DNA of 64,000 nucleotides from Terriglobia bacterium (GTDB taxonomy: Bacteria > Acidobacteriota > Terriglobia > 20CM-2-55-15), in NCBI GenBank assembly GCA_965198265.1, contig CBDAPB010000036.1:291435-355434 (forward strand), in the 5' to 3' direction. A program made the translations under genes and the position numbers. Below are positions 19,816 through 28,175 of this stretch, one piece after another (the first letter of the stretch is position 1; every line of letters starts with the position of its first letter). A model generated the notes under the pieces. It saw only the letters and a list, made by a program, of their open reading frames with translations, was not told where the DNA came from and made no database searches.

Positions 19816-21051
19816 TCAGGAAACTGAACAGTTCTTCCGAACCGCGTTGCTCTTCTCGACAGGGAGGGTCGGCCGGGTTTCGTCCACCGGAAACGAGAGT
19901 TGGAGCTTCTCGAGAGCCCGCTTGAAATCTGGATCGATTCGAAGGCAGTCCGCGAAGTGCCGCTGTGCGACCCGGTCGTTACCCAGCGCCAACTCGATGC
20001 TACCGAGATGAAACTGTGCGCCGGCGAGGTATTCATGATTCCTGGCGAAGAGGACCCTACGGAACAACTCCCTCGCCTCCCGAAGCTGACCACTTCTTTC
20101 CAGAGTGGACGCCGTGTTGTACAGGGCCAGAGGCGAGTTGGAGCGGCCCGGCGCCTGGCGAATACTGCTGATCTTCTGGAGTTCCATGTGGGCGCCTTTC
20201 AGGAAGTAGTGTCTGTAGACGTCCGAGAAGGCCTGCGCGGTGGCCTCGTCCAGCGTCGAGGTGAGGTCAGACTCCAGTATTTCGAGCCTTTCCACGGTCC
20301 GCGAGATGGAATCGGTAAGTTTTTCGTTCCGGACGATCCCGTCGATGTCTCCCAATTCCGGAGTGTGGTTCGGGAAACTCGAGTGGAGGTAGACGGCAGA
20401 TTTCCCTTCTTCGAGCTCCCGGTGAATTAGATCCAGGACCTCCATCGACCTGTGGTGATAGCCGACTGCCAGCGGGTGCAACCGGATCTCGAACCCATTC
20501 CGCTTCAACCGCAGCCCCAGCTCAACGTCTTCGAGCCCGTAGTGCGTAAAGCCTTCGTCAAACCCGCCGTTCTCGAGCACCAACGGCTTCCACAGGATCG
20601 TGTTTCCCGTCGACAGGTTCCCCAGAGGTCGAGGCTGATCCCCGGCCAGATCGCGGAACGGTCCATGCTTTTCCAGCCAGTCCATCGTCAGGGTACGTCC
20701 GAGTTCCGGATCCCAGACCACGCGTCCGACGATCGCACCCTTACGGTTCTTCCACTTTCGAAACGCGAATGCCAACTCTTCGACCATCGATGGGGTAGCG
20801 TAGATGTCGTCATCCAGAATCAGCACGGTGTCGTGTAGCGCGTTGTGCAATCCGGTGTTGACGGCGGCTGCGCGTCCCCGGTTGCTCCCATGCCGAACGA
20901 GGCGGACATGGTCGGGGCAGTCCACCTGTAGCAGGGAGCCATCGTCAACGACGATGACGTCGGCGTCAGGGTAGTTCAGGTGCTGCAGGCACTGTGAGAC
21001 ACTTCCGTTCCGGTTGTAGGTCGGGATGATGATGCTTAGTTCGGTGCTCAT
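19816..21051 (-). CDS. Family 2 glycosyltransferase fused to C-terminal TPR repeats
   Basis: The N-terminus reads MSTELSIIIPTYNRNGSV..VIVVDDGS (GT2 fold). The C-terminus has TPR-like helices (..REARELFRRVLFARNHEYLAGAQFHLGSIELALGNDRVAQRHFADCLRIDPDF). The start is taken at ATG 21051; the ORF track gives 21096. Confidence 0.8.
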   Translation of the reverse strand: MSTELSIIIPTYNRNGSVSQCLQHLNYPDADVIVVDDGSLLQVDCPDHVRLVRHGSNRGRAAAVNTGLHNALHDTVLILDDDIYATPSMVEELAFAFRKWKNRKGAIVGRVVWDPELGRTLTMDWLEKHGPFRDLAGDQPRPLGNLSTGNTILWKPLVLENGGFDEGFTHYGLEDVELGLRLKRNGFEIRLHPLAVGYHHRSMEVLDLIHRELEEGKSAVYLHSSFPNHTPELGDIDGIVRNEKLTDSISRTVERLEILESDLTSTLDEATAQAFSDVYRHYFLKGAHMELQKISSIRQAPGRSNSPLALYNTASTLERSGQLREARELFRRVLFARNHEYLAGAQFHLGSIELALGNDRVAQRHFADCLRIDPDFKRALEKLQLSFPVDETRPTLPVEKSNAVRKNCSVS

Positions 21052-21199
21052 GGCGGTTGGGTCCGCAGGATGTACTGCAACCGACGGTCCAAACACCCAG
21101 ATCTTATGTTTCAGTGAGTTGCAGCGACCTGTCGCCCGATCGGGTCCACGAACTTGACAGCGTCGGAGTTTCGCCGACCGGCCAATGTCATCGGTCCGC

Positions 21200-22507
21200 T
21201 CAAGAGCTCACGGCAGGCGAGGAATCTGCTCTGAGCCGCTGGAGTGCGTCCGATGCCTCTCGGTGCCCCGGTTCCCGCTGGAGCACGGTCTCGAACTGGC
21301 CCGTTGCAGCATCCCGATCGCCCAAGGCTTCCAACGTCATGGCCAGGTAGAATCGCGCGCTGAGATCCAGACCCGGAAACAGATGTGAGGCGCCCAGAAG
21401 AAAGCGGAGTTCGGTCGATGCCTGCCCGAGGTGACCGTCGCGGAACAGCTCTTTCGCTCTCTGCAGTTGTCGGAGAATGAGCGCTTCCACCTCGGAGGTC
21501 GGTTTCTTGAATCCCCTGAAGACAGCCTTCGGGATCGGGCCGCTCCGGTTGAGATAGTGGTCCAGAACCACGTGTTCATTCCTCCCGCTCTGGAAGCGGC
21601 GGACGGCTTCTTCCACCTCATCAGCGACCTCTCGCGCCTCTTCTCGAAGGCTGGCCATGAGGACGGCGAGATCCTCGGCGAAGGCGTCCCGGACGAGGAT
21701 GGTCGTCAGCTCACCGTACACGGATGCCCGGCTGCGTCTTGTCCGATTCGAAAGCCAGGACACCACCTTTGGAAGACCGTGTTTCTCGAGGAAGTGCCGT
21801 TTGGCGATCAGGGCCAGTTCGGTGGTGTAGCCGCGGGCGTGGCTGTCGGGTTCTAAATCGTGAACGCGGGAATCATGCAGCGGCTCTTCGAGGAGGGCAA
21901 CTTCGCTTCGCATTGCTATTTCGAGCCAGAGCAGGTAGTCCGACACCTTCCCCAAGTCGGGCAGCCTGTCGTCGTTTTCCAGCAGCGGACCGATGGCGTC
22001 GAGGAGTTCTTTTCTCACGAGGACCGTCCCCGCGTTGATGAAGTTGCCTTCCAGCAGTCGGAAGAACGCGCGCTCGCCGGTGCAGTTCTCCGGAACCGTG
22101 ACGGAGTGAGTCGCACCGGCCTGGTCGATGTGCCGGTAGGCGGTGTGGACGATGCCTGCCGCCGGCTTGTCTTCAATCGCCCGGACCATGGCCCCCAGGC
22201 ATTCCCGACGACATCGACCATCGGCCCTCAGCCAGCTGAAGTATTGGCCCCGCATCGCCCGGATACCCACATTGACCGCTCGAGCAGTGAGGGCCGGACC
22301 ATCGTGCAGACGGATGAGTCGAACCTTTTCGGGAAGTCGGCTGACGTAGCTGCCGGCGATGCGGAGGGAGTCGTCTGTGGATGTGTCGTCCACGATGATG
22401 ACTTCCCACTCCTCGAAAGACTGCGCTAGTACGCTGTCCAGGCATTCCGAGAGAAAATGACCGCGGTTGTAGTTCGGTAGGACGATCGATACGACTGGCG
22501 TTCTCAT
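21200..22507 (-). CDS. Family 2 glycosyltransferase fused to C-terminal TPR repeats (paralogue of the preceding gene)
   Basis: VSIVLPNYNRGHFLSECLDSVLAQSFEEWEVIIVDDTSTDDS gives the GT2 fold. The C-terminus is ..ARFYLAMTLEALGDRDAATGQFETVLQREPGH. Confidence 0.8.
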   Translation of the reverse strand: MRTPVVSIVLPNYNRGHFLSECLDSVLAQSFEEWEVIIVDDTSTDDSLRIAGSYVSRLPEKVRLIRLHDGPALTARAVNVGIRAMRGQYFSWLRADGRCRRECLGAMVRAIEDKPAAGIVHTAYRHIDQAGATHSVTVPENCTGERAFFRLLEGNFINAGTVLVRKELLDAIGPLLENDDRLPDLGKVSDYLLWLEIAMRSEVALLEEPLHDSRVHDLEPDSHARGYTTELALIAKRHFLEKHGLPKVVSWLSNRTRRSRASVYGELTTILVRDAFAEDLAVLMASLREEAREVADEVEEAVRRFQSGRNEHVVLDHYLNRSGPIPKAVFRGFKKPTSEVEALILRQLQRAKELFRDGHLGQASTELRFLLGASHLFPGLDLSARFYLAMTLEALGDRDAATGQFETVLQREPGHREASDALQRLRADSSPAVSS

Positions 22508-22714
22508 GATGGCGCTTCAGTTGCGGGAATCAGCCACGGTCACATAAGCAGCTTCAATTCCAAAGCGCAGCGGAGAACAATAATCGAACCATAAATAGTT
22601 GTTTCAACAACGCGTTGACGCCGTCCTCTGCAGTCGAACCAAAACATGACGACTCAGTCGCTACCGCTGGGAAGGTGCAAATCCTGACCGCTGACGGCGT
22701 GGACCACCTACAGT

Positions 22715-22743
22715 TTGACACCTCCGGGTTGTGCTCCTATCCT
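22715..22743 (+). promoter_or_regulatory. Candidate sigma-70 promoter giving a leaderless mRNA for the ABC operon
   Basis: TTGACA (22715-22720), a 17-nt spacer, then TATCCT (22738-22743). The ATG at 22750 is 6 nt after the -10 hexamer and there is no Shine-Dalgarno sequence. Confidence 0.45.
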
Positions 22744-22749
22744 CACTCT

Positions 22750-23673
22750 ATGTTGCCGATTCCGCCGGCTCTCGAAGTCGCATCGCTTTCGAAGACCTAC
22801 CGCCGATGGTGGTCCAGAAAGGGCGTGCGTGCCCTCGACGATGTCAACTTGACGATCGGGCGGGGGTCGATCTTCGGCCTGCTCGGTCCGAATGGTGCCG
22901 GCAAGACAACCCTGATCAAGATCGCGTTGACGATTGCGCGTCCGACCAGCGGTCGGGTTCGATTATTGGGCGAAGACACACGCAACCGGTCTGTTTTTCG
23001 CCGGGTGGGTTACCTCCCGGAAAACCCGCGATTTCCGACCCACCTTAGCGCCAATAACGTGTTGCGTCTGTACGGAAGCATGAGCGGCCGGGACATGGCC
23101 TACATTCGCGAGAAGGGGCCGGAATGGCTCGAACGGGTTGGTCTGAGCGGCTGGGAGCGGACGAAGGTCGCGAATTTTTCCAAGGGAATGGTCGAGCGAC
23201 TGGCGTTCGCTCAGGCCGTGATTCACGACCCGGACCTGATCTTCCTGGACGAGCCAACCGACGGCCTAGACCCGGTCGGTCGGATGGAGATCCGGAAGAT
23301 TTGTCGTGAACTCGCCGATCAAGGCAAGACGGTTTTCATCAACTCGCACATACTGGCCGAAATCGAGACGGTCTGCGACCGGGTCGCGCTGATGAAGCAG
23401 GGGCGGATCATCGACGTCGGTACGGTTTCGGAGTTCACTTCGGGCGGGGAGACCTACGAGGTCACGGTGGCGGCCGATGATGGTTTGACGGGGTGGTTCC
23501 AGACTCAGGATCTGGAATACACGTCCAACAACGGTCGTCTTCATGTGACGCTCGCCGACCGGGGTTCAGCAAATCAGCTCATCGACGCCCTGAGGGGGCG
23601 AGGGGTTGAGATCGATTCCGTGCAGCCGCGGCGCAAGACGCTCGAGTCGGTGTTTCTGGAAAGGGTCGGCTGA
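22750..23673 (+). CDS. ABC transporter ATP-binding protein (ABC-2/CcmA-like)
   Basis: It carries GPNGAGKTT (Walker A), FSKGMVERLAFAQA (signature variant) and LIFLDEPTDGLD (Walker B). ATG 22750 is preferred over TTG 22615 because the 45-aa extension is atypical for the family. Confidence 0.88.
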   Translation: MLPIPPALEVASLSKTYRRWWSRKGVRALDDVNLTIGRGSIFGLLGPNGAGKTTLIKIALTIARPTSGRVRLLGEDTRNRSVFRRVGYLPENPRFPTHLSANNVLRLYGSMSGRDMAYIREKGPEWLERVGLSGWERTKVANFSKGMVERLAFAQAVIHDPDLIFLDEPTDGLDPVGRMEIRKICRELADQGKTVFINSHILAEIETVCDRVALMKQGRIIDVGTVSEFTSGGETYEVTVAADDGLTGWFQTQDLEYTSNNGRLHVTLADRGSANQLIDALRGRGVEIDSVQPRRKTLESVFLERVG

Positions 23674-24506
23674 TGTGGATGCCACTCAAACCAGGGGTGT
23701 TTCTCGACACGTTCGAGGAGTCGTTCCGGAACAAAATGTTCCTGTTCTTCTTCGTGATTTCATCGCTGATCATCGGCTCGATCGGTCTGGCGCTGAACAT
23801 GGACATCGTCACCGGAGCAATCACCGGGGTGACGTTCTTCGGAGAGGAGCTTGAAATCCCCCGGATGACGGTTCAGCAGTTCATCAACGCGGTACAGGCC
23901 GGTCTGGCCACGTTGATTGCCACCATCGGCCTCTTTCTCGCTCTGATGGCGACGGCGACGCTGTTCCCGCTGATGCTTCAGAAGGGCAGTATCGAGTTGA
24001 TTCTCTGCAGGCCCGCGCCGCGGTGGCGGCTGATGCTGGCCCGGTTCGTCGGAGGGACCGCCATCATGGCGTTGAACGCCGCCTACCTGATGGTCGGTGT
24101 CTGGCTCGTCCTCGGTTACAAGTCGGGGATCTGGAATACCGGGTTTCCGAAGTCGACGATCTTCATCGTTCTGGCGTTTGTCTTTCTGTACTCTGCCGTG
24201 ATGGCGTTCTCGGTGATGACCGAAAACGGTTCCGTGGGGCTGCTGGCAGGGTACGCCATCCTGATGTTTTCGCCGATCCTTGCCGCGCACGAACGGATCA
24301 CACCGGTGTTTTCAAAGGAACTTTACCGGGACATGTTTCGTTCTTTGTATTGGGTTCTGCCCAAGGTGGCCGAGCTGATTGGGGCGGTCCGGGGCGTTAT
24401 CGCCGGCACGCCTCTGGAGATCGAAATGGTACTGGCGACCTCCGCCCTGTTCGCCGCCGGTTGTTTTTCTATCACGATGATATACTTCACGAGAAGAGAC
24501 TACTAA
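23673..24506 (+). CDS. ABC-2 type transporter permease
   Basis: 277 aa with about 6 TM helices. The start overlaps the ATPase stop (TGATG), which indicates translational coupling. Confidence 0.7.
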   Translation: MWMPLKPGVFLDTFEESFRNKMFLFFFVISSLIIGSIGLALNMDIVTGAITGVTFFGEELEIPRMTVQQFINAVQAGLATLIATIGLFLALMATATLFPLMLQKGSIELILCRPAPRWRLMLARFVGGTAIMALNAAYLMVGVWLVLGYKSGIWNTGFPKSTIFIVLAFVFLYSAVMAFSVMTENGSVGLLAGYAILMFSPILAAHERITPVFSKELYRDMFRSLYWVLPKVAELIGAVRGVIAGTPLEIEMVLATSALFAAGCFSITMIYFTRRDY

Positions 24507-24520
24507 TCGAGGGTTCTGTC

Positions 24521-25444
24521 ATGAAATGGGTTATCGGTGTCTTCGCCGTTGCCGTAACGATCGTCGTCGTTGCTAGCTTTCCGGGCGCCACAGCCGAGGC
24601 GGTCAGTCCGGATGAAGAGTTATTGAAGCTTTTCCCTGCTGGCACCGACGGTGTCGGGTTCATTGACGTAGCCGAGCTGCGTGACAACCCGCTGGTAGAC
24701 GACTTGGTCCAGACACAGCTGAGAAGCCGCGCCCGGCGCGGCCTGGACGAATTCACCGAGCGAACCGGTCTCGATCCGATTGGCGACCTGGAACAGGTCA
24801 TGGTCGGGCGTACTGGACCGGATAGTTTTCTGGTCGTCGCCCGGGCGAGCTATGACGCTGTTCGCGTCTCGCAGTTTTTAGGTGACCGGGACGTCGTTTC
24901 AGAGGCGTATCTCGGCCGAACCCTGTACCGACCCCAAGCGGATGACGATTGGGTCGTGTCTTTCATCGACGACCTTGTTCTGGGGGGGTCGGACGATGCC
25001 GTTCGCGGGGCTATCGACCGGCTGGCCGCTCCCGATTCCAGCGCCCTGGACAACCAGGCGCTTGCCGAGGCGATCGCCTCGATCGAGGACGGAAACCAGG
25101 TTTGGGCCGTGGGAGCTTTTTCGCTCCTGCTTCCTGCCGGGATTGCTCCGCCGATGGCGACGGATCTGGTCGATTCACTCGAGCGTGGCACCTACCAGAT
25201 GAGGCTCGACACGGACTTGACGGCGCGTGCCATCGGAGACTTTGCTAGTCCCGAGATGGCACAGAGGACCACGGATTTGTTGCGCGGTTTTGTCGCCCTC
25301 GGCAAGATGCAGGCCGTCGAGCGTACGGAGCTGATCGAACTGCTGGACGGAGTCGCGATCGATGCCGTGGACTCTTCCGTGCACATCAGTTTTGAGGCCG
25401 ACGGAGAACTGCTCCGCCGATTGGGCGATGTAGCGGAACCGTAA
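24521..25444 (+). CDS. Hypothetical exported protein, third gene of the ABC operon
   Basis: ATG 24521 gives MKWVIGVFAVAVTIVVVASFPGATAEA (signal peptide). The amino-acid composition looks natural. No family was recognised. Confidence 0.6.
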   Translation: MKWVIGVFAVAVTIVVVASFPGATAEAVSPDEELLKLFPAGTDGVGFIDVAELRDNPLVDDLVQTQLRSRARRGLDEFTERTGLDPIGDLEQVMVGRTGPDSFLVVARASYDAVRVSQFLGDRDVVSEAYLGRTLYRPQADDDWVVSFIDDLVLGGSDDAVRGAIDRLAAPDSSALDNQALAEAIASIEDGNQVWAVGAFSLLLPAGIAPPMATDLVDSLERGTYQMRLDTDLTARAIGDFASPEMAQRTTDLLRGFVALGKMQAVERTELIELLDGVAIDAVDSSVHISFEADGELLRRLGDVAEP

Positions 25445-25458
25445 GGGTCATAGACCGC

Positions 25459-25491
25459 AAAAAAAGGGCGCTCGTAAGAGCGCCCTTTTTT
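25459..25491 (+). terminator. Rho-independent bidirectional terminator
   Basis: AAAAAAAGGGCGCTC GTAA GAGCGCCCTTTTTT, 15 nt after the stop at 25444. Confidence 0.85.
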
Positions 25492-25642
25492 AGTTTCAGG
25501 GCAACGTGCCGTGAGGGAGCTCCGGGCGTGGGGGGACCGGACCAGCTGTCTTTCTCCGGAATGCTTCGCGATGCTCGTGCGTTGTCGAACGCTCTCGATA
25601 AAAGTGGGAGGGGGACGGTGGGCCCGACGCTAATCAATGGCC

Positions 25643-25694
25643 GGGGACAGGGGCTTGCCCTGTCCCCGGGTGTGTGCTGAGCAGAAATGTCGGG
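25643..25694. repeat. Palindromic repeat family C, copy 2
   Basis: GGGGACAGGGGCTTGCCCTGTCCCC plus the tail GGGTGTGTGCTGAGCAGAAATGTCGG. See the copy at 6414. Confidence 0.7.
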
Positions 25695-25702
25695 GAGGGC
25701 CG

Positions 25703-25777
25703 GATCGCAAATCTCTCTATCGCAGAGTCTGCATTGGAGATTTGGCGATTCGAAATTTGAAATTGGAGATTGAAATA
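25703..25777. repeat. Degenerate family-B-like repeat
   Basis: GATCGCAAATC..GTCTGCATTGGAGATT..GAAATTTGAAATTGGAGATTGAAAT shares the blocks ATTGCAAATCGCG / CGCATTG / TTGGAGATTGC / TTCATTTCA with family B, but it is much diverged. Confidence 0.4.
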
Positions 25778-25780
25778 CAG

Positions 25781-25855
25781 GTGTAGGTGCGGTCTATGAC
25801 GTCTATGACCGCACGTTGTTTCGGTCCGAGAAGTGTGCGGTCATAGACCGCACCT
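25781..25855. repeat. REPIN, family A copy 2 (with internal 9-bp duplication)
   Basis: GTGTAGGTGCGGTCTATGAC[GTCTATGAC]CGCAC - spacer - GTGCGGTCATAGACCGCACCT. Confidence 0.85.
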
Positions 25856-25908
25856 CGTCGTTCCAAGAGTTTTTGCTCAGCGAAGACCCGTCCCCCTCAC
25901 CACAGAGA

Positions 25909-26022
25909 GCGGTGGAGGCGCCGTCCAGGCTAGGAAGCCGAAGCGAGGACGCCGGAGGCGTATGAATAATACGTCGAGGCGGCCGAGCGAGGATGACAAC
26001 GCATGGGCGGCGCCTCCGCCGC
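25909..26022 (-). other. 114-nt long-stem element immediately 3' of rho (candidate structured 3' UTR/REP-like element)
   Basis: The arms GCGGTGGAGGCGCCG (25909-25923) and CGGCGCCTCCGCCGC (26008-26022) are complementary at 14/15. They enclose 84 nt containing the direct repeat GCCGA(A)GCGAGGA. The element ends 18 nt from the rho stop. Confidence 0.35.
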
Positions 26023-26040
26023 TCGACCCGGCCAGTCTAC

Positions 26041-27360
26041 CTACCTGGCTCCGCTCATGGAGGCCAGGAAGTCCGCGTTCGCCTTCGTCTTGCCCATCTT
26101 TTCGAGCAGCAACTCCATCGCCTCGACCGTCGAAAGCGGGTTCAGGACCTTACGCAGGATCCAGATGCGGTTCAACTCGTCCTTCGAAACCAGCAACTCT
26201 TCCTTCCGGGTACCGGACCGGTTGATGTCGATGGCCGGGAACACGCGCTTGTCGACGAGTTTCCGGTCCAGACCGATCTCCATGTTGCCTGTACCCTTGA
26301 ACTCCTCGAAGATGACGTCGTCCATCCGGCTGCCGGTGTCGATCAGGGCCGTGGCGATGATCGTCAGGCTGCCACCTTCCTCGATGTTGCGCGCAGCGCC
26401 GAAGAACCGTTTCGGACGCTGCAGCGCGTTCGAATCGACGCCGCCGGAGAGGACTTTACCGGACGGCGGCACGATCGTGTTGTACGCTCGCGCCAGCCGG
26501 GTTATCGAGTCCAGCAAAATCACGACGTCACGCTTGTGTTCCACGAGGCGTTTCGCTTTTTCGATCACCATCTCGGCGACCTGGACGTGGCGGGAGGCAG
26601 GTTCGTCAAAGGTCGAGCTGATCACCTCTCCGTTCACGGATCGCTGCATGTCGGTCACTTCCTCGGGACGCTCGTCGATCAACAGAACGATCAGGATGAC
26701 TTCCGGTTGGTTCGCCGTGATCGAGTTTGCGATCGTTTGAAGCAGCATGGTCTTGCCCGTGCGCGGCGGCGCGACGATCAGTCCACGTTGACCCTTGCCA
26801 ATAGGCGTCAGCAAGTCGAGCACCCGGGCCGACAGGTTGTCCTTCTCGGTTTCCAGCTCCAACCGTTCGTCCGGATAGAGCGGGGTGAGGTTGTCGAAGA
26901 AGATCTTGTTGCGGGCCTGATCGGGATGCTCGAAATTGACGGCTTCGACCTTGATCAGGGCGAAGTAGCGTTCACCTTCCTTCGGCGGGCGAACCTGTCC
27001 CGATACCGTGTCGCCTGTTCTCAGGTCGAACTTTCGAATCTGAGAGGGCGAGACGTAGATGTCGTCCGGGCCCGGCAGGTAGTTGTAGTCCGGCGCGCGG
27101 AGAAAACCGAACCCGTCCGGCAGAGTCTCGAGCACACCTTCGCTGAAAATGAAGCCGCTCTTTTCGGTCTGGGCCTGGAGGATCTTGAAGATCAACTCCT
27201 GTTTCCGCATCCCCGATGCTCCCTGTATGTTCAGGTCTTTGGCGACCTGGGTCAGGGAGGAGATGTTCATCTCTTTCAACTGGGCGATGTCCATCGCGGC
27301 GGTGCCGTCCGGGCGTTCTGTTACGAGTTTTTTGGTCATTGGCGGGTTTTTCTTACTCAT
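26041..27360 (-). CDS. rho: Transcription termination factor Rho
   Basis: It has PPRTGKT (Walker A), an RNA-binding OB domain and the N-terminal helix bundle [39 protein letters not shown]. The start is uncertain: GTG 27423 (ORF track), ATG 27360 or ATG 27294. ATG 27294 aligns with residue 1 of E. coli-type Rho. Confidence 0.92.
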   Translation of the reverse strand: MSKKNPPMTKKLVTERPDGTAAMDIAQLKEMNISSLTQVAKDLNIQGASGMRKQELIFKILQAQTEKSGFIFSEGVLETLPDGFGFLRAPDYNYLPGPDDIYVSPSQIRKFDLRTGDTVSGQVRPPKEGERYFALIKVEAVNFEHPDQARNKIFFDNLTPLYPDERLELETEKDNLSARVLDLLTPIGKGQRGLIVAPPRTGKTMLLQTIANSITANQPEVILIVLLIDERPEEVTDMQRSVNGEVISSTFDEPASRHVQVAEMVIEKAKRLVEHKRDVVILLDSITRLARAYNTIVPPSGKVLSGGVDSNALQRPKRFFGAARNIEEGGSLTIIATALIDTGSRMDDVIFEEFKGTGNMEIGLDRKLVDKRVFPAIDINRSGTRKEELLVSKDELNRIWILRKVLNPLSTVEAMELLLEKMGKTKANADFLASMSGAR

Positions 27361-27423
27361 GTGGGGTTTGTGTGAAATTGTGGTGTCCCGGTCGCGGATC
27401 CTGGCGGATCCAGCGTCCTCCAC

Positions 27424-27999
27424 CTAGGAAATCGCAGTTCGTATCCTGGTCAAGACGGCGTCCTTACCAAGACGCTTGACTGCTGAGAATGGAATCACCT
27501 CGTCGGCCGTGAGGGCTTCCGTGGTCCTCGTGATCGACTGATTGAGTTGATTCCGTGAAAGTTTGTCTGCTTTGGTCAGAATGATGGCGTTCTCTATAGC
27601 GTAATGGTCCAGCCACTCCTTCATCGAAACATCATTCGGGGTGGGTGGGATGCGGCAGTCGATGAGCAACAATGCCAGTCTCAGCTGCGGGCGATCCCGC
27701 AGATACCCTTCGACCATCTTCTTCCAGCCGGCCTGCACCGTCTTGGGTACCTTCGCGTATCCGTATCCGGGCAGGTCGACGAAGTAAAAGCGATCATTGA
27801 TCGAATAGAAATTAACGGTCTGTGTGCGACCTGGCGACGAACTGATCCGGGCCAGGCCACCGATGTTGACCAGCGCGTTCAGCAATCTCGATTTTCCGAC
27901 GTTCGATCGGCCAATGAATGCTATCTCCTGAAATTGATCACGGGGAAAGTCCGCCGGTTTCAGGGCACTCTTGACAAATCGGGCGGAAGTAACTTTCAC
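27424..27999 (-). CDS. engB: Ribosome biogenesis GTP-binding protein YsxC/EngB
   Basis: 191 aa with GRSNVGKSRLLN (G1), DLPGYGYA (G3) and TKADK (G4). Confidence 0.9.
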   Translation of the reverse strand: MKVTSARFVKSALKPADFPRDQFQEIAFIGRSNVGKSRLLNALVNIGGLARISSSPGRTQTVNFYSINDRFYFVDLPGYGYAKVPKTVQAGWKKMVEGYLRDRPQLRLALLLIDCRIPPTPNDVSMKEWLDHYAIENAIILTKADKLSRNQLNQSITRTTEALTADEVIPFSAVKRLGKDAVLTRIRTAIS

Positions 28000-28175
28000 G
28001 GGAGGCCGAGCACGGATGGCTCATTTCCGAACCTACTTATTCTATCAATTCTCTACCAAAAAGATCCAGCCGGTAATCCACCGGATGAAATTCGGGGACA
28101 GTGAGCGATCGCGGCAGCCGACGCTTCGTGAGATGCGCCGCATCCGAAATTGCTCGCCGTCCCTGACTTGCAGTG

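Noticed and set aside
25445-25860. Cluster of palindromic repeats as a CRISPR array.
   Set aside because: The repeats belong to different families, are not regularly spaced and are themselves inverted doublets. No cas genes are present in the window.
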